64,000 nt of DNA, taken from positions 54,188,001-54,252,000 of the forward strand of contig OX597824.1 of assembly GCA_951406725.2 (NCBI GenBank). The letters run 5' to 3'. The translations under genes were made by a program, and so were the position numbers. Below, one piece after another: positions 37,440 to 51,284 of this stretch (position 1 is its first letter; each line of letters opens with the position of its first letter). The notes below the pieces were generated by a model. That model saw nothing but the letters and a program-made list of their open reading frames with translations, had not been told where the DNA came from and did not search any database. The DNA comes from Octopus vulgaris (lineage: Eukaryota).

Positions 37440-38400
37440 GATTAATTCCTGTTCACAGTGAAGGTGGGCATCTGGATGGCCCCTGTGCAAAGACAATCCA
37501 AACTCAGACAGGTGTTGTAGTGACCAGTAGAGTGGAAATGGTCCGAGACCGGTGTCATTGTCGAATGTGATGTCTCAGAGGTGCTCCACGAACTGGTCAG
37601 CCAAGCGGTATCCCATTTGACTGATGTATAGAGAAAAGCAGACAGAGCAGGAGATGCAGTAAATGATGTTGCTAGAAGTGCAGGTAAAGGAGTTGGTGAT
37701 ATGATATGATGGGTGCCTGTGAAGATGGTGGTGTTGGAAAGATAGGGGCAAGTGCGGCTGTGTGGGTGGGAGTAGGGGAATGAGCTAGGTTGGGAGGTGT
37801 GGTTAGGGAAGAAACTGTGGACCAGGAGGTCATGCAGGTTGACAGAGGAAAGGGGTAGGTTGGGGAAGATGTGTGAGGTGGAGGGGTCAGCTGAAGTCAC
37901 TGGAAGGCTTAGAGAATGGTGCATTGGAGGGGCAGGGTGAGGGGAAACAGGAGATGGGCAATGGCAGGATGGGTGTGGGGAGAGAGAGCAGAGGCACAGT
38001 CCATGGAACGTGCCCTGGCAAGGGCTGTATGGATAGATATTCATGTAGGGTGAAGTGGTGAGCCATGAGTTGAGACTGAGTCTCAAAGTCATGGTTGTCT
38101 TTACAGAGCCTGTGCAGACAGAGGAATTGGAAGTAGGGGATGGAGAGCTTGGTGTAGGTAGGGTGGGAGGGGGAGAAGTTAAGTTAGGAGTGTGAGTTGG
38201 TATGTTTGTAGTGGATGGAGGTAGTGAGAGCAGAGTGGTGTATATTGACAGAAATGTCGAGAAATGTGAAGGAAGTGTTGGTAATAGTGCAAGAGAATTC
38301 AAGGGCAGGATGTGAGGATTGGACAAAAGAGAGGAGAGGTCTCACCAATACAGTCATCAATATAACAACCATATAGTTTGGGAGTGGGACCAGTGAATCA
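37440..38400 (-). pseudogene. Penelope-like element remnant: RT thumb + GIY-YIG endonuclease
   Basis: Alternative frames give LEFSCT...FLDISV...TSIHYKHTNSHS, HPTYTKLSIPY.QFL.LHRLC, FTCTSSNIIYCISCSVC..LYI.Q and PVSDHFHSTGH. Confidence 0.8.
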
Positions 38401-38445
38401 TGAGAATATTTGGGTCTCAGCATACGCACACACAATGTGTATGTA

Positions 38446-38654
38446 CAGGGGTTGGACAAAATAGGTCTGTCATTTTGATGAATTTTAATAACCTTTTTCT
38501 GATGATATCTGAAAAGAAACAGCAATTTTAGTAAAACATATTAAGCAACATTAATAATAAATCAAAAAACATAAAAATAAAAAAGCTTTTGATGGTTTTA
38601 TAGATATTTCAAAATTATGATGCTAGGTGTTTCCATTATTTTGTTCAACCCCTG
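38446..38654. mobile_element. Tc1/mariner-type MITE (209 bp)
   Basis: ta|caggggttggacaaaata ... tattttgttcaacccctg|ta; 18-bp TIR with one mismatch and TA TSD. Confidence 0.88.
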
Positions 38655-39739
38655 TATGTTCCATAGATTTACATGAAACTCAAGATTTTACAGAATGGGA
38701 AGAAATATTTATGACAACATTTTATGTACATTACATTAGTGTATTTTGTATCTATATTTTTATATGTACATTAAGTATGTATCTGTGTTTTTACATAAAT
38801 TTTGACCGAAGTATCTAATTCAGATTTTAATCTTAAGCATTGATCGAAATGCAAATGAAGATGAATAAAAATCAACAGGGAGAGAAGGAACAATGGTCTT
38901 ATTTGGTAATTATTTACTTCAAATCTAGATTTTATGTTCTCTGTAAAAGAACAGTTACAAAGAAAACAGAACTATTAATGTTAACAGCAAAGAGTCAATT
39001 TACCAGAATAAATTTATGTATATAGCATTTGCAAAAATATCATTAATGATGAATGTATGATAATTCAACCATTGAGTATACCAGTCATTCATGGGTTGCA
39101 GTGTAAAGTGAGTAAAATATAACTTAGAAATTGGACAGGAAATTTCTGTTCTGAAAGTTTAAATAGGTTTGTCACAAATAATTATTGGTTATTAGTTAAT
39201 TTGAATTTGTTGATCACAAAATAAGTTAAATTTTTGGTAAGAATCTACGTGTGTATGTAAGTGTGTGTGTGCAAGAAGACAAATTTGCCTGTCTGAATAA
39301 TAACTTGCATGTCAACATGTTCATTCAATATATGGGTGAGAGAAAGTGTGTTAATTTGGGAAGTCAAAAGGTCATGCAAATACGTAACAATTCTTTTTCA
39401 CTCTGCTGAATGACAATAATAGTTGTTTATGTTGGAAAAATGAGGTTCTAGCAAGTCGTTCATCAAACAGCAAGCATCACAAAAGTAAACAATCTGACTA
39501 ACTGAAAATATCCAATAAAAGCGGGTAAATTGGTGTACAGAGCAATTATGCAAGCTGACAGTAGCTTGAATAAAACATATATTGGACTACCTGCTTCAGG
39601 CAACATGTGCACTCATTTAGACACAGTGATAAATAAAACTCTACTTCTGTATCCAAATATGTATGGCAGTTAAAAGACTAGAATAGAGAACCCTTCCATA
39701 ATGTAAAGCATAGCACCTACAGCAGCTGCAGCATATGTG

Positions 39740-39860
39740 CAGCATACATTTCCATGGTTTTTGTTATCCAAGAGAGTGGTATCCTATTGTATGCTTTATG
39801 ATAGTCAATCCATGCTATGTTCAGGTTTCTGATAATTAGATTATCAATTAACAGCTGATT
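39740..39860 (-). mobile_element. R4-type RT fragment
   Basis: NLNIAWIDYHKAYNRIPLSWI resembles the RT motif WIDY-KAFDS-PH-WI. Confidence 0.6.
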
Positions 39861-39904
39861 TTTCGTCGTCGTCCTCCTCCTCCTCCTCCTCCTCCTCCTC
39901 CTCC

Positions 39905-39943
<39 letters not shown>

Positions 39944-40760
39944 CTCACTCACTCACTCACTCACTCACTCACTTGCTCCCTCACACTGTAAATTCAATAA
40001 GAATGTTTGAAGACAACAAACAGCCTTTGAGTAGTGATGAGGCTGCAAATAACAATGAAAAGAGTGACAAACCAGCTTACTGACTGATTAAATGATTTAT
40101 CAAGGGATTGTTTTGTTAATTGGTTAACTAATTAACTAAATTATAAAATATGAAATAGAACCAGTGCATGTATTTATTCTTGGTAAAATGATTATCACAA
40201 TGCCTGGCAAGACCAGAACACTTTGATCAAAAGAATGTGGAAAAAGGCCTTTTGCTACATCCTTCTGATGAAGGTGACCTGGCCTTACATAAGGGATCCA
40301 TAGGAACTTGTGTTGTTCCATATACCTATGATACTATGGTTCTTTATCATATAATGAATGTGGATACAACATAAGCCATGGTTTGATTGAAACAGCTGTC
40401 AAGATAAGACTATTACATAACTCCTTTTGTTTTTTGTATTCTTTATTCCATACGTCAAAACTTTTCATATTTGGTATATTTAAATAATTTCTATGTTATT
40501 TATTTGTTCCAGAAAAATTGTAGAAAAATGTTACTGATGTTTAAAGTTTAATCAACTGTACCTAATCAGAAAACAGGATTTTGAAACTGGGATTTTCTGC
40601 ATGATAGCTGTCCATCACGAAATGAAAGCAAAATCATTAGGAGGAGGAAATTTTATTAAACAGACAAAAGCAAAGCATTACGACAATGGTAGTTGTAAGA
40701 ACTTCTGAAGTTTTAATGAGTAAAATCATGTAAATGTATATATGTGTACGTATATGTGTG

Positions 40761-40822
<62 letters not shown>

Positions 40823-41280
40823 TGTGTGTGTGTATGCATGTGTGTATATGTACCTATATATAGATATATATATGTCTACATATTCATCTGTGCACATTTG
40901 TGCTTTTTGTAGGTGAATGCATCTATTAGTGTGAATTTGTGTATATGTGTATGCGGGTGTGTGTTTATGTGTGTATATGCATACATATATGTGTGTGTAT
41001 GTGTATGTATATATGTATGTATATATTTATGTGTATACACAAGTGTATTAATACATGTGTGTGTCAAACTTTGCACAGACATCTGTATCTTGCTTTATGT
41101 ACGAAGATGTGCACATATTTATGTATATATTTATGTTTATATACACGTGTGTACCTGCATATATGAGTTCTATACATATATATATGTATGTATTCGTCCA
41201 TACATGTACGTATGCGCATGTATCTAGTTGTATGTATATACCCATATACTTGGATGTGCGTGTGTGAGTGTGTATGTATA

Positions 41281-41317
<37 letters not shown>

Positions 41318-41345
41318 GAGAAAGAAGCAACAAGAATGGATTAGC

Positions 41346-41436
41346 TTTTAGTACAATTGTTTCATACAAAGACAGGCTTTATTAAAAGTTGCAAAAATTG
41401 CAGCAGATAAAAGTGTCCCGTACTCATCAGCTAAAA
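41346..41436 (-). ncRNA. Type I hammerhead ribozyme (intact core)
   Basis: Reverse complement of the 41484-41574 motif. Confidence 0.85.
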
Positions 41437-41483
41437 TACATATGAGTTCTCCAAACATCTTAGTGGGTGAGGCTATACTCGTA

Positions 41484-41574
41484 TTTTAGCTGATGAGTAC
41501 GGGACACTTTTATCTGCTGCAATTTTTGCAACTTTTAATAAAGCCTGTCTTTGTATGAAACAATTGTACTAAAA
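41484..41574 (+). ncRNA. Type I hammerhead ribozyme (intact core, GUA triplet)
   Basis: ttttag-CTGATGA-gtacgggac...gtctttgtat-GAAAC-AATT-GTA-ctaaaa; 6-bp helix I and palindromic loop III. Confidence 0.87.
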
Positions 41575-42204
41575 ACTAATCCATTCTTGTTGCTTCTTTC
41601 TCGTTTATAATCACCCCACATTACTGTATGGTTAACACCATATAGTTTTCTGGTGCATCTAAGTTAAGTACCGCATTCAAGTAAATTCATTAGAATTGAC
41701 TTGAATCTTAATTGCTTTTATTGTATATATATATATATATATATATATGTATCTGTATATGTATATGTGTGTCTAAGCACAACCACAAAAAATAAGTATT
41801 ATCTCCCTTTCAACTTCTACATCTTTTTCTTTCTCTTAACAGTTACAACTGCAAATTTATAATTTTCAAGTTCATATTTGAATTTTTTGCGTTTCAATAA
41901 TTTTTCTCTGTCTTTTACTCATTCTTGAATTTGATGTACATATAGTGGTATGTAAGCCGACTCAGAAAATCTCTAGTGAGACTTTTTATTAATGTACCCA
42001 AAGAGAACCTGCATGGGTCGAAACATGTGTCATACTCAATAAAATCTTTTATTCATTCCATCTATTTTATTAATACCGTTACCCCAACTACCATTACGAA
42101 GTTCCTGCAATAAATCTATGGATAACAATAGGTAATCGAAACTGTGCCAGTGCTTTACTCATCATTTATTTATACATTTTGTATAATTTCTCCATTATAT
42201 ATAT

Positions 42205-43540
42205 CATCACTATCATCATCATCGTTTAACGTCCACTTTCCATGCTTGCATGGGTAGGATGGTTTGACTGAGGACTGGCGAGCCATATGGCTGTACCAGA
42301 CTCCAATCTGATCTGGCAGAGTTTCTACAGCTGGATGCCCTTCCTAACACCAACCACTCCAATAGTGTAGTGGGTGTTTTCATGTTTCACCGGCACGAGG
42401 GCCAGTCAGGCAGTACTGGCAATGGCCATGCTCAAATGCTGTTTTTTACGTGCCACCTGCACAGGAGCCTGTCCAGCGGCACTGGCAACGACTTTGCTCG
42501 AATGTTGTTTTTCATGTGCCAGTAAGGTGATGGTAACGATCACGCATGAATGGAGCTTTTTACATGCCACTGGCATGGGAGCCAGTCAGCGTCCCTGGCA
42601 TGCTCGGATTGTGCTCTTAGTGCTACACTAGCATGGATGCCAATCATGCGGTGCTGTCACTGAATTTGATTTCAATTTCACTTGCCTCAACAGGTCTTTG
42701 CAAGCAGAATTTAGTGTCCAATGAAGGAATGGTATGCATAAGTGGGCTGGTTACACCACTGGCATAGGTTACGGGTTATGGTCTCACTTGGCTTGCCAGG
42801 TCTTCTCAAGCACAGCATATTTCCAAAGGTCTTGGTCACTAGTCATTACCTCGGTGAGGGCTAATGTTTGAAGGTCATGCTTCACCACCTCATAACATGC
42901 ATCATACAGTCTACCTTTTACTCTAAGTGAGAGGCCCTTAGTCACCAGCAGAAGGAAGAGCTCTCTGAACTTTGCCCAGGCTATTCTTATTCTAGCAGCT
43001 ACACTTTCAGAGCACCCATACCTGCTACTGACATGGTCACCTAGCTATCAACTACTTCTAGTTTTTCTCCCTGGAATGTGGCAGACGTTGTTCTCTGCAC
43101 ATTTTAAAAGTGTTTATTGCTCCTGAGCATCTGCCACATACAAACACTATCTTCCCAGTTAGCCTTCCTTTGATATTGCTGCACCTCTTATGTGTCCATA
43201 GCTTACACTGGGTACATCTTATAGAGTTTCTACCTATGCCTTTTCTACAGATTAAGCAGGGCCATCTACATTTAGGGATTTGTGATTTGTCTGCCTTCCT
43301 ACTTATTAGGACTTTGGTTTTAGCTACGCTGACTCTAAGGCCCTTCGATTCTAATCCTTGGTTCCACACCTGAAACTTCTCCTCTAGTTCTGATAGTGAC
43401 TCAGCAATTAGAGCAAGGTCATCAGCATAGAGGAGCTCCTAGGGGCATTCTGTCTTGAATTCCTCCATTATTGCTTTGAGGACTATGATAAATAGGAGGG
43501 GGCTGAGGACTGAACCTTGGTGGAACCCTACCTCTACCTG
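42205..43540 (-). mobile_element. Truncated, internally deleted RTE LINE
   Basis: ORF 43058-43369 (PHD region), family 3' UTR and (CAT)n on the + strand; deletion junction near 42892. Confidence 0.88.
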
Positions 43541-43544
43541 GAAT

Positions 43545-44345
43545 CAAAGCAAAAACCAAAATCTTAGTAAGTAGGAAGGCAGACAAATCACAAATCCCTT
43601 CAAGTAGATCGCCCTGCTTGATCTGTAGAAAAGGTGTAGGTAGAAGCTCCATAAGATGTATCTGTTGTAAGCTATGGACACATAAGAGGTGCAGCAATAT
43701 CAAAGGAAGGTTAATTGGGAAGATAGTTTTTCTGTGTGGCAGATGCACAGGGGAAATAAACACTGAAGATGTACAGAAAACAGCTTCCATCATATGCTAG
43801 GGGAAAAAACTAGAAGTAGTTGATAGCTTCTGTTAGCAAGGTGACCAAGAGGGAGTGGATGCTTTCAGAGTGTAGATGTTAAAACAAGAATAGCCTGAGC
43901 AAAGGTCAGGGAGCTCCTATCTCTGCTGGTAACAAAGGACTTCTCGCTCAGAGTGAAAGGTAGACTGTGCATGTGTGTGAACAGCCATGCTACACGGCAG
44001 TGAAACATGTGCTGTGACTGCTGAGGACTTGCGTAGGCTTGAAAGAAATGAAGCTAGTATGCTCCGCTGGATATGTAATGTCAGTGTGCGTGCATGACAG
44101 AATGCCCTGAGAGAAAAGTTGGACATAAGAAACATCATATGTGGTTTACAAGAGAGATGACTGCGCTGGTATGAGGAAGTGTTGTGTATATATGAGGACA
44201 GCTGTATGAAGAAGTGTCTCACCCTAACAGTGGAGGGAACCTGTGGAAGAGGTAGATTCAGGAAGACCTGGGATGAGGTGGTGAAGTATGACCTTTGAAC
44301 ATTGGGCCTTACAGAGGCAATGACTAGTGATCGAGACCTTTAGAG
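43545..44345 (+). mobile_element. RTE fragment
   Basis: PHD insert to C-terminus, with several stops. Confidence 0.85.
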
Positions 44346-44352
44346 ATATACA

Positions 44353-44385
<33 letters not shown>

Positions 44386-44399
44386 GTATGCATACATAC

Positions 44400-46748
44400 A
44401 GACCTAAATGACCCACAAATAAGGAGATTTAGAGATGTTCTAACTGAAGCATTTAATGGAGAGTTACAGATATGTAACATAGTGGATAACTGGAATTTCC
44501 TACAAGATAACTTACTGAGATCCACAGACCAAATTTGTGGCTGGTGCAAAGTCCCATCTAGACCAAATGTGACATGGTGGTAGAACAGTGGAGTTGACAG
44601 GGCCGTTTGAACAAAGAAATGGGCCTTGTAGTAGCAAGGAACTATATCAGGTAGCTAGAAAGGAAGCTAGGAGGAAAGTATACTTGGTCAGGGGTGAAAC
44701 AGAATGGAAGAAGTTTGCCAGTGTTCTGTGGTTTGAGAACCAGCAGTTTGAAGTGTTTCAGTTTGCAAGACAGTGTGTCAGGGAAAATTGTGGTGTTGTT
44801 GGAGAGAAGTGCATTCACATGGATGTTAGTTCACTTCCAGTTAGTGACTGTGAAGAAATAGGTTTGGAAGTGCCACTACAAAAGGTTGCTAAATGTAGAC
44901 AACACATGGGAGGAGAGTCTGCCTAATGTGGATCCAAAAGAGGGACCAGCAATCCTAATAGACAGTAGTATGGTAGATAAAGTCATGAAGGATATGAAAA
45001 TAGGGAAAGTCCTTGGCTCATCAGGAATCACTGCAGTGATTCCTAAATCTGGTGATGTGAGTTATGGTCTAGTCATTTGTATAGTTTATCAGGCTGTACA
45101 CAAGAGTGTCATACCCAATGACTGGTGTAGCAGCACCATAGTCAACTATTACAAAGGTAAAGGTGATGCCTTAGACAAATAATTATTGAGGCATCGAACT
45201 GTTGGATCAGGTGATGAAAGTCATGGAGCAGGCCATAGCCCAACTAATTAGGAAGAAAGTTAGTCTAGAATGAGACGCAGTTTGGTTTTGTGTCAGTGAG
45301 AAGCATCACTGATGCTATATTGCAGATAAGGCAGCTGCAGGGGAAGTACTTAACCAAAAAGAAACTTTTGTACTTGGCTTCTGTTGAAACGGAGAAAACC
45401 TTTGATAGAGTCTCCCACTCCCTTATCTGGTGGTCAATGTGGAAAGCAGGGATAGATGAGAGGTTGGTGAGAGCTGTACAAGCCATGTACAAGGATGCTG
45501 TCAGTAAGGTGAGAGAACAAGTATAGCAATGAATTCAGTGTACAAATAGGAGTTCATCAAGGATTGGTTCCCTCTTGTTCATCATAGTTCTCTAGGCAAT
45601 AACAGAAGAATTTACGTTGGTCTGCTCCTGGGAGCTTCTGCATGCTGATGACCTTGTTCTTATAGCTGAATCACTGCCAAAACTATAGAAAAAATTTCAG
45701 GTGTGGAAGCAAGTCCTGGAATCAAAAGACCTTAGAATTAATTTTACAAAAACCAAACTCTTGGTAAGTAGTAAAGCAGACAAATCACAAATCCCTGCTC
45801 TATATAAAGGAAAGACATAGGTAGAGACTCCATAAGGTGTACCCAGTGCAAGCTGTGGACACATAAGAGATGCAGTAATATCAGAGGAAGGTAAACAGGG
45901 AAAATAGTCTTTGTGTGTGGTAGATGTACAGGTACAATAAACACTAGAAACACTGGGCAAAGTTCAGAGAGCTTTCTACCTCTGTTGGTAATAAAGAGTG
46001 AAAGGCAGATTGTATGATGCCTGTGTGCAAACAACCATGCTACATGGCAGTAATACATGGGCTGTGACCGCAGAGGACATGCAAAGGCTTGAAAGAAATG
46101 AAGCTAGTATGCATTGCTGGATGTGCAATATCAGTGTGCTCATATAACAGAGTGTGTCTTGAGAGAAAAGTTGGGCATAAGAAGCATCAGATTTAACGTG
46201 TAAGAGAGAAGACTGCTGGTATGGTCATATGATGCATATGGACAAGGACAACTGTGTAAAGAAGTGCTGATCTCTAACTGTGGAGGGAACCTGTGGAAGA
46301 GGTAGACTCAGGAAGACTTGGGACAAGGTGATGAAGCATGATCTTTGAACATTGGGTCTCACAGAGACAATGACAAGTGATAAAGACTTTTGTTAGTTTG
46401 CAATACTTGAGAAGACTTGTCAAGCCAAGTAAAATTGCAGTCAAGGCTAGTGCTGGTGGCACATAAAAGGCACCTGTGCCAGTGACATGCAAAAGGCATC
46501 TGTGCCAGTGACATAAAAAGTGCACCTGCACCAGTGACACATAAAAGGCACCTGTGCTGGTGTCATGTTAAAGGCATCTGCTACACTCTTGGAGTGGTTA
46601 GTGTCAGGAAAAGCATCCAATCATAGAAACCAAGCTGAATCAGACTGGAGCCTGGTACAGCTCTCTGACTTACCAGTTCCAGCCACACCATCTAACCTAT
46701 GCCAGCATAGAAAGTGGATGCTAAATAATGATGATAATGATGATGATG
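44400..46748 (+). mobile_element. Older, longer RTE copy (RT region to tail)
   Basis: ORF pieces 44588-44926, 44886-45182 and 45290-45526 match the full-length element; ~24-bp tandem repeats in the 3' UTR at ~46450-46575; (GAT)n tail. Confidence 0.88.
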
Positions 46749-47849
46749 CACACACACGTGCATGCACGCATGCAAACGTATGAGTGTAGTTAATTATGAT
46801 TTATTGAGATGTAGTATCAATAGATACAATAAGATTCAGCAATAAAGCTACATTACTGAGTATGAATATTGATTGGAGTAAGTGGGTTCTGGGATTCAAT
46901 TCTATTTAATATATTACTTAGTCCTACCACAGAAAGGCAAGTCAACAGTACCTTCCATAGTGAATTAAATCAGATGGTCTTAATCACATTACTTATATTA
47001 AGTCATGTAAGAAATTTAATAAATCCACTTTTAGATTATAATAGGTTTAGTGTATTATTTCACTTTAGAAATTATCAATAATTCTAATAAAAGTTAATCT
47101 GAGTTGACATGATAAGTAATTGCAATATAGAGTCCTTACAATAAAGAGATTCCCTGTTTACAGTGTTGGCACAATCAGATTACACATAATTCACAGGTTT
47201 GATACAGAAATAAACACATCACAGGTCTTGTATGTTATAACTTACAACCCAGCTAGATATTGCTACATAGCTCAAATACATTTTCTATTTCTAAGTAATC
47301 TTAGAGAACAATTAATATATTAATTAAGAAAATGAGTATTCTAGATTGCCTTAGGGGATCAGTTAATGCAGTCCGTCAATTAATTAAGTAGATAGACCAG
47401 TTGGCAATTAGAAATGAATTTGGCTCTAGAAATATCGCATCAGTGTATTTATATATACTCATATGTACTCACAGGTACTTATAAGTCAGTTTCTTATAAA
47501 AGTCTAGGGTGTGAAACAAAACGACCTCTTTAAAACTTAAGAAAATAATAAAATAATCACTTCTTTTGTAGTAAATCTTTTAAATTATCTCACTGTATGT
47601 ATGTATGTCTGCATACATACACACACATGTGTGCACACACATAGACACACGCACACAAACACACACACACACACACACAATTATCGAAGGAATTGAAGAT
47701 ACAGTTCTTCAAAGTAATTCTTGAATTTTATGCCTGATGGATATTTTCTGGCTGTGGCAATTGAAATATGAAATTATTTAACTCTAAGTGGTGTACAATG
47801 AGTGCATTATGCTAACTATTGAAAAATATGATGCTGATTATCTGCTGGT

Positions 47850-48550
47850 ATCTGTGTGTGTGTGTGTGTGTGTGTGCACATGTGCATACCTGTATGAGAC
47901 TGTGTTTGTGTGTGTATGCACGCGTATGCATGTGCGTAACTGTATGGGACTGTACAGTTGTAGTTATGTGCACATAACTGTATGAGATTGTGTATGGTTG
48001 TGTGTGTGTGTGTGTGTGTGCGTGCATAACTGTATGAGACGGTGTGTGTATGTGTGTGTGTGTATGCATGTGTGTACGCACACATACCTGTATGAGACTG
48101 TGTGTTTGTGTATGTGCTCACAATTGTATGAGACTGTGTGTGTGTGCACGTAGCTGTATGAGATTGTGTGTGGTTGTGTGTGCGTGTATAACTGCATGAG
48201 ACTGTGTGTTTGTGTGTGTGCACCCAACTGTATGAGACTGTGTGTGTTTGTGTGTGTGTGTGCATGTGTGAAACAATAACTGAATGTATATGTTGGTATC
48301 TGTATGTTTAACATACAGACTGTGTGTGAATGTCTGCTGATATCTGTGTGTGTGTATGAGTTGTTATCTGTGTATGTTTGTGTAACAATATAAGACTATA
48401 ACTGTTTGCAGATATCTGTGCATATGTGTGTGTTTATATATGTATGCATGTGTGTATGTATAAAACAAATTGACTGTGTGTATGTGTAAATAACAATATG
48501 TGAGGTGTTTGAGTGTGTATGTGCACATTGTTATCTGTGTATGTTTGTGT
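47850..48550. repeat. Degenerate (TG)n-based minisatellite with recurring ctgtatgagactgtgtg
   Basis: Directly visible. Confidence 0.85.
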
Positions 48551-48731
48551 AAGAATAGGAAATTATGCAATTGTGAGCTGGCATGTGGCTTAGAGGTTAG
48601 GATATTCAGCTCACGATAGTGAGTTCGGAAACCAGTGGTGTGTTGTTACATGGTACTCCTCTAATCCACTCGGTTGGCAAAAGTGACTTGTACTTGTAAT
48701 TCACAAGGGCCAGCCTTGAATATATATAAAT

Positions 48732-48783
<52 letters not shown>

Positions 48784-48856
48784 TATATATAATACATGTA
48801 TATATATGTAGATAAATATGTGTATATGTATATATATATATATGTATATATATGTA

Positions 48857-48908
<52 letters not shown>

Positions 48909-48909
<1 letters not shown>

Positions 48910-49628
48910 CACCACTGATGCTATATTTCTGGTAAGACAGCTGCAGGAGAAATACCTAGCCAAAGATAAGCTTCTGTACTTCGCTTTCATTGACATGGAG
49001 AAAGACTTTGACAGGGTCCCCCGATCCCTTATCTGGTGCTCAATGAGGAAACTAGGGATAGATGAATGGTTAGTGAGAGCCGTGCAAGCCATGTACAGGG
49101 ATGCTGCCAGTAAGGTGATGGTTGGCAATGAGTACAGTGAAGAATCAGCCCCCTCCTATTTATCATAGTCCTCCAGGCTATAATGGAGGAATTCAAGACA
49201 GGATGCCCCTGGGAGCTCCTCTATGCTGATGACCTTGCTCTAATTGCTGAGTCACTATCAGAACTTTGAGGAGAAGTTTCAAGTGTGGAAACAAGGATTA
49301 GAATCAAAGGGCCTTAGAGTCAACGTAGCTAAAACCAAAGTCCTAATAAGTAGTAAGGCAGGCAAACCACAAATCCCTGCTCGATCTGTAGTAGAGGTGT
49401 AGGTAGAAACTCTATAAGATGTACCCTGTGTAAGCTATGGACACATAAGAGGTGTAGCAATATCAAAGGAAGGCTAACTGAGAAGATAGCTTTTGTGTGT
49501 GGCAGATGCTCGGGTGCAATAAACACTGACAATGTGCAGAGAACAACTTCTGACACATTCCAGGGAGAAAAACTAGAAGTAGTTCATAGCTTCTGTTACC
49601 TAGGTGACGAAGTCAGTAGCAGGGAAGG
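48909..49628 (+). mobile_element. RTE internal RT fragment
   Basis: [17 protein letters not shown]...YADD...PHD insert. Confidence 0.88.
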
Positions 49629-49629
49629 G

Positions 49630-50355
49630 TGCTAGCATGGGTTGGACGGTTTGACTGTGGGCTGGCAAACCAGATGGCTGCATCAGGCTCCAGTCTTGAT
49701 CTGGCAGAGTTTCTACAGCTGTATGCCCTTCCTAACGCCAACGACTCTGAGACTGTAGTGGGTGCTTTTAAATGCCACCAGCATGGGGGCCAGTCATGCG
49801 GTACTGGCAACGACCTCGCTCAAACTTTTTTTACACGTGCCAACGGCACAGGTGCCAGTAAGGTGATGCTGGCGACGATGCTGCTCGAATGGTGCCTCCT
49901 ACATGCCAGCGGCACGGAAGCCAGTTAGCCGCTCTGGCAATGATCATGCTCTGATGGTGCTCTTAGCACCCTACTAGCACGGGGCACAAGTGCCAGTAAG
50001 GTGAAGCTGGAAACGATCACACTCGAATGGTGCCTTTTATGTGCCACTGGCATGGAAGCCAGTTAGCTCCTCTGTCAACAATCACGCTCATATGGTATGC
50101 ACAAGTGGGATGGTTACGCCCCCGGTACAGGCCATGAGGTTATGGTCTCACTTGGCTTGCCGGGTCTTCTCAGGCACAGCATATTTCCAAAGGTGTCGGT
50201 CACTAGTCATTTCCTTGGTGAGGCCTAAAGTTCAAAGGTCATGCTTCACCACTTCATCCCAGGTCTTCCTGGGTCTACCTCTTCCACAGGTTCCCTCAAC
50301 TGCTAGGGTGTGGCACTTTTTCACACAGCTATCCTCATCCATTCTCACTACATGA
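49630..50355 (-). mobile_element. RTE 3' fragment
   Basis: RTE C-terminus and 3' UTR on the minus strand. Confidence 0.88.
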
Positions 50356-50472
50356 CTATATATATATATATATATATAAATGTAAGATCCAGGGATTGAG
50401 GATAACAATAATTATTATGAAGTAGCATTGACATTGCCTTTAATTCCTTTTTATATATAGACAGCTTCAAAT

Positions 50473-50558
50473 AGACCTACACATGTTTCAACTGCATTGA
50501 TTAGTAATCGTTGCAATTACAACTTTACTATAATACCAATGCTGTTTCTTCAGGATCT
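50473..50558 (-). ncRNA. Type I hammerhead ribozyme (intact core)
   Basis: agatc-CTGAAGA-aacagcattgg...tcaatgcagtt-GAAAC-ATGT-GTA-ggtct. Confidence 0.82.
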
Positions 50559-51198
50559 TCATTTTAATATCCTTTAATTTAACTGTTTAAAGATTTTCAT
50601 CGATTTTCTTTGCATTCTATGATGCAGAATTGTACAATAATTTAAACATGAAGTATCTTTAATTCAAGTTTTGATTAGATTATCACTTTTCAAATTCTTT
50701 TTAGCTAGTTATTTCAAAACATTTCATTGATTAAATATTTTTAACTCATTTATTTTGAGCTAAGGTAAATTTTCTCATATGCAAGCATTTTAAAGCTTGT
50801 TCCTGCCTAGAATTTATTATATTACCCTTAGATGTAAAAATTCAGTAAAATCCTTCTATACATAGGTCACATTTCAAGTTCCTGGTCTTCATGGCTTTGC
50901 AGTACCAATTAAATCCCAATTGATAGTATAGTCTTTGTTTCTGTCTTTGATAAACTACATTAATTTAGACTTGTTTGAAATCTTTTATTTTTATCTCTAA
51001 ATGAATTTAAGTGGTTATCCAGTCTCTTTTTGAAAATTAGTGCAGTTGCAGAGATCTACAAGTATTCATTTTCCTCAAATGTAACTTTATATCTATATAT
51101 ATCATTTTTAGTTTTACATTTAAAATTCACAAGAACATAGAACACAAAGAAAATCAACAAAAAATGTGAAATAGTTAAATCAAAGGATATTAAAGTGA

Positions 51199-51284
51199 AG
51201 ACCCTAAAGAAACTGCATTGGTATTATAGTAAAGTTGTAATTGCAACAGTTACTAACCAATGCAGTTGAAACATGTGTAGATCT
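51199..51284 (+). ncRNA. Hammerhead copy with G5>A core mutation
   Basis: agacc-CTAAAGA-aactgcattgg...ccaatgcagtt (11-bp perfect helix II)-GAAAC-ATGT-GTA-gatct. Confidence 0.7.

Larger units (their letters stand above)
41316..41604. repeat. Fold-back element, 124-bp arms (one mismatch seen), 41-bp spacer
   Basis: 41316-41439 is the reverse complement of 41481-41604; lies between (TA)n runs. Confidence 0.95.

Noticed and set aside
37442-38326. 294-aa Pro/Ser/Thr-rich ORF as a mucin-like gene
   Set aside because: Mostly an off-frame reading of a decayed Penelope RT/GIY-YIG sequence.
40262-40320. CTGATGA motif as a hammerhead (also ~5700)
   Set aside because: No properly placed GAAA or supporting helices.
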